NCBI GenBank assembly: GCA_937895515.1
Contig: CALAYS010000012.1
Span: 11,379-75,378 of the forward strand
Direction: 5' to 3'
DNA from: an uncultured bacterium
GTDB lineage: Bacteria > Patescibacteriota > Minisyncoccia > Phycocordibacterales > UBA9973
Length of the DNA: 64,000 bases
Shown: positions 1 to 8,536 of the stretch, one piece after another
Layout of the letters: each line of letters starts with the position of its first letter
Position numbering within the stretch: the first letter of the stretch is position 1
Made by a program: the position numbers and the translations under genes
Notes under the pieces: model-generated
Databases searched by the model: none
What the model saw: the letters and a program-made list of their open reading frames with translations, nothing else
What the model was told of the DNA's origin: nothing

Positions 1-23
1 CTTAAATCAGCCATTCACATTAA

Positions 24-512
24 TTACTTGAATGACTTGTCGTCTTTCACTTGTCTTTCTAATTCAGAGAGCATTCGTAATCCTTTTTTAGTTGAAATAC
101 CATCAATGGCTTCAAGGATACTGGTTCGAGCACATTCTTGAAACATTGTAATCGTATCCCATTGATAATAGGTTTTATAACTGTAATAGGTATCAAAAGC
201 TGGACCTATAAGAGGGATTCTAATAAGTAAACTTTTAATGTAACCAACAGATTCACCCATCCACCACGATATGAAATATCCTTTACCATAAGGTGCTGCA
301 CAAACATCAAAGATATTTTCTCCATCTTGAATTCGGAGGTATTCACGTTTAGAAAATAAACCACCGAAGTTGACTCGTTTAATACGAATTGAAGAAACTT
401 CTTTGCTTTTTAATTGGTTTTCGACAAGAGTATAAAATTCTTGTGCTGAAAGCTGGAAATCAGGAAAGTAATGATACCAGCGTGAATGGATTTGTTTAAT
501 CACGGATGCCAT
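24..512 (-). CDS. hypothetical protein (162 aa)
   Basis: Uninterrupted ATG-started ORF with no competing ORF; no motif I can recognise. Confidence 0.5.
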   Translation of the reverse strand: MASVIKQIHSRWYHYFPDFQLSAQEFYTLVENQLKSKEVSSIRIKRVNFGGLFSKREYLRIQDGENIFDVCAAPYGKGYFISWWMGESVGYIKSLLIRIPLIGPAFDTYYSYKTYYQWDTITMFQECARTSILEAIDGISTKKGLRMLSELERQVKDDKSFK

Positions 513-684
513 AAACAGAAGGGTTTGAAGATTGAAATTATATTAAAACATACTGCAAAAAACAATTAATTGATACAAAAAGCAATAGTTAAAATCTATT
601 AAATTTTCAAAAGATTTAAACAATTTGAAACTTCAAATCAAATAATTTAATATCATATATCTTTGTATACCTAATTAGAATAGA

Positions 685-939
685 ATGGAATGTAAACAGA
701 ACCACAGATATGAAAGTAAATTTGAAGAATTACCCTTTGATCAAGGTGGACAAGGAAGACATAAATGTGCCGGATGTGCTTATGAGAGAGGTCTTCATGA
801 TGGTGAACAAAGAATAGAACAAATTAATATAGACCTTGATAGTCTTAATGAAAGTCAGGCAGGAACAGTAAGGCATAAAAGCCCTCACGCAGCTTACGCC
901 TTAGGATATTTGGATGGAGTTAAAAAATCATATCTTTAA
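685..939 (+). CDS. small hypothetical protein with CxxC (HKCAGCAYERG), first gene of the R-M-linked operon
   Basis: 84-aa ORF ending 15 nt before the next same-strand gene; one CxxC pair; function unknown. Confidence 0.4.
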   Translation: MECKQNHRYESKFEELPFDQGGQGRHKCAGCAYERGLHDGEQRIEQINIDLDSLNESQAGTVRHKSPHAAYALGYLDGVKKSYL

Positions 940-954
940 GCAGTCTGAATTGTA

Positions 955-2268
955 ATGAAAATTCTTCCCCACCTAGATAAAATAGGAAAATCATATCAAT
1001 TCTTTCTTGAAAAAGAAAACAGTAATGGTGGATTTAAAATTAAAGATTTGGCTGATTACGTAGGTTGGACTGAGGTAACTGCTAAAACTTATATATCAAA
1101 AAAATGGGATACGATAATAGAGAAAAAAGGAGAAAATTATTTTGTTAAAAACATAAGCAAATATTCACCAGAGGCCTATCGAAAGTGGATGTCACAAGCA
1201 AATAAGAATAGTCAAGACCCATTTAAACCAGAACTCAATGAAGATGTAGAAAGATTTGTAATAAAAGCCAGAGAAAGTGCATTGCTCGCTTTAGATATTT
1301 ATAATAGGCCAGCAACTATTTTTAAGTCGGAAGGATTTGTCGTAATGATGATAATTGCATGGACATCCTTACTACACGCTATATTTCATAAGAAAAAAAT
1401 AAAATGTAATTATACAGATGACAATGGAAATGATAAATATATTGATGGCGATCTGAATTTATGGGAATTAAGTAGATGCATAAAAGAATATTTCAAAGGA
1501 GACACCAATTCTGCCAGAAGTAATATTGAATTTATGATCGGTTTGAGAAATAAAATTGAGCACAGATTTGCTCCGAAAATTGACAATCACATAGGTGGTG
1601 AGTGCCAATCACTCCTATTAAATTTTGATGAAGTACTAACTAAAGAGTTCGGAAACTACTTTTCACTTCGTGATTTACTTGTATTTCCACTTCAAACAAC
1701 TAATCTCAGAAATACGGGACAAGTAGATATTGTTAAAAAATTTCAAGGTAAACAATATGATGATATAAAGGAATACATCAATGCTTTTAGGGATGGTATA
1801 AGTGATGAGATTTACAATGACCCAAAGTATAGTTTTAGAGTATTTTTAGTTCCCAAAACTGGAAATCATAAAAAATCATCCGATATATCTATGGAATTTG
1901 TGAAATATGATCCAAATAATCCAGAAGAGGTTGAAAACCATAAAAAATTAATAACACTTATAAAGGATAAAGAAAAAATTATAAAAATTGGCAATCCTGA
2001 TGGATTAAAACCTGGGCAAGTGGTCGTAAAAGTGGCTGAGAAAATAGGTAAATCATTTAAAATACATAACCATACCCAAGCTTGGAAGTATTTTAATGCA
2101 AGACCTTTAAAATTTCAAAAGGACTATATGAGTGATTATTGCTATAGCGATGCCGCACATGAAGATTTTGTTTATACACCTGCTTGGGTCGATTTCTTAA
2201 CAGAAAAATTATCTGATGAAGTGGAATACCAAAAAGTAGTTTCTTACAAAGATGAAAAGGCTAAATAA
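955..2268 (+). CDS. DUF3644-like protein with HEPN-type Rx4H motif (putative RNase/abortive-infection-type effector)
   Basis: 437-aa ORF. Block ALLALDIYNRPATIFKSEGFVVMMIIAWTSLLHAIF resembles DUF3644 as I recall it. GLRNKIEHRF (nt 1546-1563) fits the HEPN Rx4-6H signature. N-terminal HTH-like segment. Confidence 0.55.
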   Translation: MKILPHLDKIGKSYQFFLEKENSNGGFKIKDLADYVGWTEVTAKTYISKKWDTIIEKKGENYFVKNISKYSPEAYRKWMSQANKNSQDPFKPELNEDVERFVIKARESALLALDIYNRPATIFKSEGFVVMMIIAWTSLLHAIFHKKKIKCNYTDDNGNDKYIDGDLNLWELSRCIKEYFKGDTNSARSNIEFMIGLRNKIEHRFAPKIDNHIGGECQSLLLNFDEVLTKEFGNYFSLRDLLVFPLQTTNLRNTGQVDIVKKFQGKQYDDIKEYINAFRDGISDEIYNDPKYSFRVFLVPKTGNHKKSSDISMEFVKYDPNNPEEVENHKKLITLIKDKEKIIKIGNPDGLKPGQVVVKVAEKIGKSFKIHNHTQAWKYFNARPLKFQKDYMSDYCYSDAAHEDFVYTPAWVDFLTEKLSDEVEYQKVVSYKDEKAK

Positions 2269-2560
2269 TACCCTTAGAGCTTGGCTATTTGAAAATGATT
2301 ACAAAGATGTCGCTAAAATTATAGACGACATTCTAATTGAGTGGAGAGAGAAAGGTAATAAACAACGAAGAAATTGGTGGGATATTTTGGCCGGTGATGT
2401 TAATGGAAAACCAAGGGTTATATCTGGTAGAGAAATTCCGGTTTTGAAAGCAGCACAGATTAGAAAGAATGTTTTGGTAACCGAAAATGCTCTCTGTAGA
2501 AACGAAAACGAGTCTAATCCCTTACCAATAAAGGAACAAACTAGATGGAAAAGTAAATAA
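2252..2560 (+). CDS. hypothetical protein (102 aa)
   Basis: ORF overlaps the upstream gene by 17 nt (translational coupling pattern); no recognisable motif. Confidence 0.45.
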   Translation: MKRLNNTLRAWLFENDYKDVAKIIDDILIEWREKGNKQRRNWWDILAGDVNGKPRVISGREIPVLKAAQIRKNVLVTENALCRNENESNPLPIKEQTRWKSK

Positions 2561-2593
2561 TGGACATTTTGTTAATAAATTTAATCAGCCAAA

Positions 2594-3508
2594 TTGGTTC
2601 TAAACCAATACATTTGGTTGATGATTTTAAACCCACAAGAACAGTTCATTTTACACGCAAATGCAAGAAATATTCTTGCACAGCCATTCTTAAAATGGGC
2701 TGGTGGTAAAAGGCAATTGTTACCAACAATAAGAAAATATTTACCTCAAACTTTTAATACTTACTACGAACCTTTTGTTGGTGCTGGAGCATTATTATTT
2801 GAAATGCAACCTAAAAAAGCTGTAATAAATGATGTTAATACTGATTTAATCAATTGTTATACAGTTATAAGAGATTTACCAACTGATTTAATACAGGATT
2901 TAAAGAAGCATGAAAATAGTAGCGAATATTTTTATTCAATCCGAGAACTTGATCGAACTAATGAATTCAAAAACCTTAACCTTATTGAAAGAGCTTCAAG
3001 AATAATATATTTAAATAAGACTTGCTACAATGGGCTTTTTCGGGTTAACAGACAAGGGCAATTTAACTCACCATTTGGTAGATATAAGAAACCTAACTAC
3101 TTTAATCCAGAAGTATTGTATGCAATAAGTTCATATTTAAATGAGAACGATGTTAAAATTTTAAATGTCGATTTTTCGAAGGTGGTTGAAACTGCCGAAA
3201 AAGGAGATTTTATTTATTTCGATCCTCCATATGACCCTCTCTCAGAAACTTCTTCATTTACTGGATATAGTTTAAACCAATTTGGTAAAAGTGAACAAGA
3301 AAGATTAAAAGATGTTTTCGAAGCACTAACAATAAAAGGATGTAAAGTAATGTTAAGCAATTCATCCACTGAGTTTATTTCCAAACTATATGAGGATTAT
3401 AATATAGTTCGGATACAGGCTAATAGAAATATAAACTCTGTAGGTTCTGGGAGAAAGAAAATCGAGGAATATTTAATTCTTAATTATAACCCTGATAATG
3501 ACGAGTAA
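2594..3508 (+). CDS. Dam-family (D12 class, alpha-type) N6-adenine DNA methyltransferase
   Basis: FLKWAGGKRQLL (AdoMet-binding motif) near the N-terminus and DPPY catalytic motif (FDPPYDPLS) downstream. The track start is TTG 2594; ATG at 2621 is the more likely start. Confidence 0.9.
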   Translation: MVLNQYIWLMILNPQEQFILHANARNILAQPFLKWAGGKRQLLPTIRKYLPQTFNTYYEPFVGAGALLFEMQPKKAVINDVNTDLINCYTVIRDLPTDLIQDLKKHENSSEYFYSIRELDRTNEFKNLNLIERASRIIYLNKTCYNGLFRVNRQGQFNSPFGRYKKPNYFNPEVLYAISSYLNENDVKILNVDFSKVVETAEKGDFIYFDPPYDPLSETSSFTGYSLNQFGKSEQERLKDVFEALTIKGCKVMLSNSSTEFISKLYEDYNIVRIQANRNINSVGSGRKKIEEYLILNYNPDNDE

Positions 3509-4760
3509 TGATATTGCTTGGGATAAAATATTTGAGGAATTAAACATTTCGAAAGAATTAACACGAATTCCGTATTTTCAAATTACTGCCTCGCAAATTA
3601 ATACAATTGGTAAACGGGAAGCCCGTTTGATGGCTAAATTCGATACAAAGGAATCGCTACCACAAATATTTAAAGACTCAGAATTAAATATTAATGCAAT
3701 TTCTAATGGAAGTTATATAATCTTCAAAGATGAAAAACATCAAAGTTTTATTTCTCTGCCAGATTATAAAGAAATTATTCCTCGAAAAGTAACTCCTGTC
3801 TTGGATTTTGAACTTCAAACCCTCCTATTTGCTCCAAGAATGTCGGAGAGTAATGCTCTAGATTTTGCCCATCATTCAAGAATACTTAATAACTATTGTG
3901 GTGAAAAAGAATTGAAGTTAACCACAAGGGGTAGATTTTTTTCCGATGGCTTTAATTTTCAATTAGGTAAATTGGGTGAAATAGGAGTTAAGGGGGTACA
4001 GATAGAAGTAGATGCTGGATATGAAGGGAGAGAACAGTTTCTAATAATTGAGGCTAAAAGTAGTACTCGTTCAAATTTCAACATACGTCAATTATATTAC
4101 CCATATAGGCATTTTGAAAAGAAAACAACAAAAAAAATAAGAGCTATCCTACTCTCTTTTAGTAATGGAATTTATTATTTTACTGAAATCGAATTGCATC
4201 CAAATTACTATGATTACCGAATTATCAATAATGAAGCTATAGAGGTAGTTATTGAAGAAAAATCAGAAGAAGCAAGTATTATAGCCTTTCTATCACAACC
4301 AACCCATACCCCGCATAGTATTCCAGTTCCGCAAGCAGATAATTTAGACAAAGTGATTGATTTAGCTGCTTTCTTGTTAGATGGACCTCGTGATAAATTT
4401 GAAATAGCCGAATATTTTGAATTTGATGAACGTCAAGGTGATTATTACGGAAATGCAGCGATGTATATTGGTTTGGTTGAAAAAAGTGCGGGATTGTTTA
4501 AGTTAACAGAATTAGGAAATGAAATAGTACATTTCCAAAACAGGGAAAATAGAAATTTCCAAGTCGTAAAAGCGATTTTAAAAACAAGAGTTTTCAATGA
4601 TCTAGTGAGCTTGTACCTTAAGCAACAAAACCAAATGGATGATCAACAAATTATTAAAAGACTTAGCGAAGAAGGTTTAACTGGCAGCACCCCCCAAAGA
4701 AGAAAAAGTACAGTAAGGTCATGGCTAAATTGGATTTTATCTAATCTGCCAAAAAAATAA
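3498..4760 (+). CDS. putative type II restriction endonuclease (PD-(D/E)XK fold) with C-terminal wHTH-like region
   Basis: ATG overlaps the MTase stop by 11 nt. Segment IEVDAGYEGREQFLIIEAKSS supplies a D...E-x-K nuclease motif. No family assignment possible by eye. Confidence 0.6.
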   Translation: MTSNDIAWDKIFEELNISKELTRIPYFQITASQINTIGKREARLMAKFDTKESLPQIFKDSELNINAISNGSYIIFKDEKHQSFISLPDYKEIIPRKVTPVLDFELQTLLFAPRMSESNALDFAHHSRILNNYCGEKELKLTTRGRFFSDGFNFQLGKLGEIGVKGVQIEVDAGYEGREQFLIIEAKSSTRSNFNIRQLYYPYRHFEKKTTKKIRAILLSFSNGIYYFTEIELHPNYYDYRIINNEAIEVVIEEKSEEASIIAFLSQPTHTPHSIPVPQADNLDKVIDLAAFLLDGPRDKFEIAEYFEFDERQGDYYGNAAMYIGLVEKSAGLFKLTELGNEIVHFQNRENRNFQVVKAILKTRVFNDLVSLYLKQQNQMDDQQIIKRLSEEGLTGSTPQRRKSTVRSWLNWILSNLPKK

Positions 4761-4774
4761 AATTCACCATCCGG

Positions 4775-5251
4775 TTACAAAATTCCTTCATCAGCAAAAC
4801 TGAAATACTCATTATATGCAGTTACAATCACATGGTCTCTTACTGGAATATCAAGAACATTTCCAGCATCTTTTAATTTTCTTGTAAGTAATTTATCAGA
4901 TTCACTTGGTATAAGATTTCCTGATGGATGATTGTGACTTAGAATAATGCTAGTAGCGTTAGCCAATAAAGCTCCTTGAAATATATTTCTAATATCAGCT
5001 ACTGTTCCGGTAATTCCACCTTCACTCACTTGCATTGAACCAAGTAACCTATTGGCTCTATTGAGAAACAATACAAAAAAGAATTCTTTGTGTTCAATCT
5101 TATTGGGATCATACACTTGCATAAGAATTTCAAATGCTTGTCGGGAGCTTACAATTTTATACCGATCATTCGCATTAACACGAGAGATATAGTGAAGTTC
5201 AACTTCTGCAACTTTTAATAATGGATTTTCTTGGATTTGGGACTTTAACAT
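4775..5251 (-). CDS. radC: RadC-like JAB/MPN domain protein
   Basis: 158 aa; JAMM signature HNHPSGNLIPSESD and upstream E; short stand-alone RadC typical of mobile elements. Confidence 0.85.
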   Translation of the reverse strand: MLKSQIQENPLLKVAEVELHYISRVNANDRYKIVSSRQAFEILMQVYDPNKIEHKEFFFVLFLNRANRLLGSMQVSEGGITGTVADIRNIFQGALLANATSIILSHNHPSGNLIPSESDKLLTRKLKDAGNVLDIPVRDHVIVTAYNEYFSFADEGIL

Positions 5252-5254
5252 ATA

Positions 5255-5393
5255 TTTTTTCGATTAGTAAAGCGGTCCCAAGGCTGACTAAGGTAATTGT
5301 ACGTGGAATAAAAGATGGATAGTGAAATGGAAGGTGTTTATGCCGCGAAAGCACTTACCAGTCAGACATACCTTTGCTTACTAATCGAAAAAA
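5255..5393. repeat. 139-nt imperfect long inverted repeat (rod-like hairpin; candidate ncRNA or MITE-like element)
   Basis: TTTTTTCGATTAGTA (5255-5269) pairs perfectly with TACTAATCGAAAAAA (5379-5393). Inner pairings are CTGACT/AGTCAG and GGTAA/TTACC. The apical region contains GC-GAAA-GC. Confidence 0.55.
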
Positions 5394-5474
5394 TGTTTAA
5401 ACCAAATCCAAAAAATCCACTTAAAATTAAAAGACAGGTGAAAACTGAAATACATAAATTCTAATTAGATTTGT

Positions 5475-5999
5475 TTGATTGTAAATAGTAACATGAAACA
5501 GGCAGTTTTTATAACAGGGTTCAATAATTGGGGTAAAACCAGAATCATTGAACATTTATTCAGAAGAAGAAGATTTCATAATGGGTGGTATTTTGCAATA
5601 CCAGGAATAAACGCAAACTTTACAGTTGAAAGTCATTCAAATGATGACTGGGGTTCTGCTTGGCCTGTAAGGGTTCAAAACCGGATTAACAGAGAACCTA
5701 TTAGTGATTTAAATCTTTTCACAGCCTTATGCCCTACGATGGATATAAATAACAACTTCGTTAATTTATTATCAAATCCTCCGTTTACCGCCTATGATAA
5801 ATTACATATAATCCTGATTGAATATAAATGGGAACATCACGCAAAACTTATAATAAATAATATTACAACTGCCGGAGCCAATATTCCAAATGTAAATTTT
5901 ATTACAATAAATGCGGATCAGAATCAGTTAACAGACCAATCGAGATGGCAGGCTAAGACATCTCAAATAAGACAGGAATTGGGAATATTATTCCCATAA
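5475..5999 (+). CDS. hypothetical small P-loop protein
   Basis: 174-aa ORF, TTG start (ATG 18 nt downstream); Walker-A-like GFNNWGKT; the palindrome GGGAATATTATTCCC overlaps its end. Confidence 0.5.
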   Translation: MIVNSNMKQAVFITGFNNWGKTRIIEHLFRRRRFHNGWYFAIPGINANFTVESHSNDDWGSAWPVRVQNRINREPISDLNLFTALCPTMDINNNFVNLLSNPPFTAYDKLHIILIEYKWEHHAKLIINNITTAGANIPNVNFITINADQNQLTDQSRWQAKTSQIRQELGILFP

Positions 6000-6460
6000 A
6001 AATCAATTAAAATATCAATGCTCCGCAGGACAGCACAGGCAGTGGCTACTTGGGTTTACCCCCTTGAACATAATGACTTATTATAGAATTTTTTTACTAT
6101 TGAATAAAAATAGGTATACCAAAAAAATGCGAAGCGAATCTATAATTCGTAATTATGTTAAGTAGCTTCCGGTAGTTTATTCTGTCATAAACAGTACGAA
6201 GGGGCGCAAATGCGTACTGTGGCTTTTTGCTTAAAATTTATACTTGGAAGAGGTCATGTGTTGAGGCTTTGAAATGAAATGGAAAAGCTATAGCACATGG
6301 GCTAAGTGATTTGGTAAATTTATAGCAAAAAGTATGAAAGAATAAATTACCGGCACTGCCTGTGTGGGTTAAAATTATATTATTTGGAAAACTTTATAAA
6401 AATAGCAATATTAAAAAAATAGCTTAAATTAGCATAATTATTAGGTCATAAATAAAAGAC

Positions 6461-7693
6461 GTGATTAAAATACTTCATACAAATGACATCCATTCCAATA
6501 TCCATAATAGTATTGAACTATTCGAGTATTTGCATCAGGAAAAGAAAAACGATACTTTAACTATTGATTTAGGTGACTTTTTTCAAGGTAATTCATTTTA
6601 TAACCTATTTAAAGGGAAACCAGAAAGAAAGCTTCTATTAAAGACATTTGATATTGTTGTACCTGGTAATCATGGTTTTAATGAGTATTTAAAAGTGAAT
6701 TCATTAAAGAAGAAGAAGTCTTTCGTGTTATGTTGTAACATATTCAGAGGGAAATATGAAGTCTTTGATAAGTACCTCGAAATGGAATTCGCAAATACTA
6801 AATTAGGTTTTATAGGTATAATGTCCGAGGATTGTTTTAATTCAATAGAATTACGAACAAGAAAAAACTATTCAGTAATGAATCCCTTTGAAATAGTGGA
6901 AGGGATTATTTCTGAAATAAGATATAAAATAGATTATTTGTTTATTTTAAGTCACTCAGGAGTAGATTTCGATGTAAAATTAGCAAAGTCTTTAAAAGGT
7001 ATTGATTTCATTTTAAGTAGCCATTGCCATTCCTCTATTAAAAAAATAAAAATAGGTAAAACAATCATTAAAAAAAGTTTAGAACTTGGAAAAGGGGTAG
7101 GCATTATAGAAATCAATAATAATAAGATTAAGCTTAGCGAAAAAACATTTAATCATATGGTTATGGATTATACTAATCCTAAATTAACATTTTTAAATCC
7201 TTATCTAGATTTATACGATAAAAAATCAAGTGAAATTATAACTATAATACCACAAAAAAGAATAGAATGGTTTTCAACTAGAGAAAATTTGATGACATTT
7301 TTTATTGAATTAATAGCAGGAGTTTTTAATTCCAACATTTATTTATTTAATCTTACAACAATAAGGTCAGGGATATCTGATCCTAACTTAAGCACTAATG
7401 ATTTATACAATATTTTACCTTTCGAAAATTCAATAATTAAATTTAGTGTAAGTAAAACCAAATTTAATAAATGCATTAAACAAATACCTAGTGACATTAG
7501 AAAGTATCTAATTATCAATATTGTATCCGAACCAAAATTATTATCTATTATTACAACATCTTATTTATATAATAATTACTTTGCAAAATTTATCACTAAA
7601 CAAAAATATATCCATTTAGCTTCTTTTAGGACATTTATAAGCGAACAACTAAAGAATATTGAATTCAACAAATCTCAACATTTAAATTTATAA
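6461..7693 (+). CDS. metallophosphoesterase / 5'-nucleotidase-family protein (no signal peptide)
   Basis: GTG start. Calcineurin-like motifs are intact: HTNDIH, DLGDFFQG, GNHGFNE, LSHSG, SSHCHS. Long C-terminal domain as in UshA-type nucleotidases. Confidence 0.75.
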   Translation: MIKILHTNDIHSNIHNSIELFEYLHQEKKNDTLTIDLGDFFQGNSFYNLFKGKPERKLLLKTFDIVVPGNHGFNEYLKVNSLKKKKSFVLCCNIFRGKYEVFDKYLEMEFANTKLGFIGIMSEDCFNSIELRTRKNYSVMNPFEIVEGIISEIRYKIDYLFILSHSGVDFDVKLAKSLKGIDFILSSHCHSSIKKIKIGKTIIKKSLELGKGVGIIEINNNKIKLSEKTFNHMVMDYTNPKLTFLNPYLDLYDKKSSEIITIIPQKRIEWFSTRENLMTFFIELIAGVFNSNIYLFNLTTIRSGISDPNLSTNDLYNILPFENSIIKFSVSKTKFNKCIKQIPSDIRKYLIINIVSEPKLLSIITTSYLYNNYFAKFITKQKYIHLASFRTFISEQLKNIEFNKSQHLNL

Positions 7694-7706
7694 TTATGTT
7701 TCTAAT

Positions 7707-8510
7707 ATGACAGCACTAGAAGAAATGAACCTAATTTATGGCATTAGATTAATTCTCATCCCATCATCAGAGTTTTATATGGGCAGGCTACCATTGGATC
7801 GTGAGTATCCAATTTTAACTGATCCAGTAAAGAAATCAATAGAAAAAAGCTTTTGGATGAGTGATACACCAATAACTAATAGACAATATGCCAGTTATTT
7901 GGATGATGCAAACAAACCTATTCCAACTTATACAATAGAGCATTGGGATTTTAGTTGGGTTAAGGTAAACGGATTTGATAAGTATCTTTTAGAAAACCCA
8001 AACGCACCTTTAGTAGGAGTAAATTATAAAGATGCGTCAGCGTTTATTTCTTGGTTAACAACCAAGTCCAATTTAGCCATTAGATTTCCAACGGAAGCCG
8101 AATTTGAATATGCATCTAAAGCTGATTGTTCATGCAAATATTATTGCCAAAAGGCGGTAAATATTAAAAAGTCACTACGAGATTATGGAGAACCTTCAAA
8201 TAAGAAAGTTCCCTCAGTAAAAAGGTATGAAGCCAATAGTTTTAAGCTATTTGATATGCAAGGATTAATATGGCAATGGTGTTCTGATTGGTTTTGGCCT
8301 CTTGAAAACGTTAAAAATCTTAATCCAAAAGACCCACATGAAAAGCCATCTTATACACCGTGGAAGGGTCATAACTTGTCTCCAGGGAGGGTAATAAGGG
8401 GTGGTTCTTTTAATTATAGCGTCTTACATTCCCGATGTTCATCAAGGCATTACACAAATGAAAACGATAGAAATTTCAATTTGGGTTTCAGAATAGCAGC
8501 CAATTTATAG
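7707..8510 (+). CDS. FGE-sulfatase (SUMF1/formylglycine-generating enzyme family) domain protein
   Basis: 267 aa; VGVNYKDASAFISWL, QWCSDWF, IRGGSFNY and terminal NLGFRIA blocks typical of the family. Confidence 0.8.
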   Translation: MTALEEMNLIYGIRLILIPSSEFYMGRLPLDREYPILTDPVKKSIEKSFWMSDTPITNRQYASYLDDANKPIPTYTIEHWDFSWVKVNGFDKYLLENPNAPLVGVNYKDASAFISWLTTKSNLAIRFPTEAEFEYASKADCSCKYYCQKAVNIKKSLRDYGEPSNKKVPSVKRYEANSFKLFDMQGLIWQWCSDWFWPLENVKNLNPKDPHEKPSYTPWKGHNLSPGRVIRGGSFNYSVLHSRCSSRHYTNENDRNFNLGFRIAANL

Positions 8511-8536
8511 ATACTTCATTTAAATATAAATAAGTA

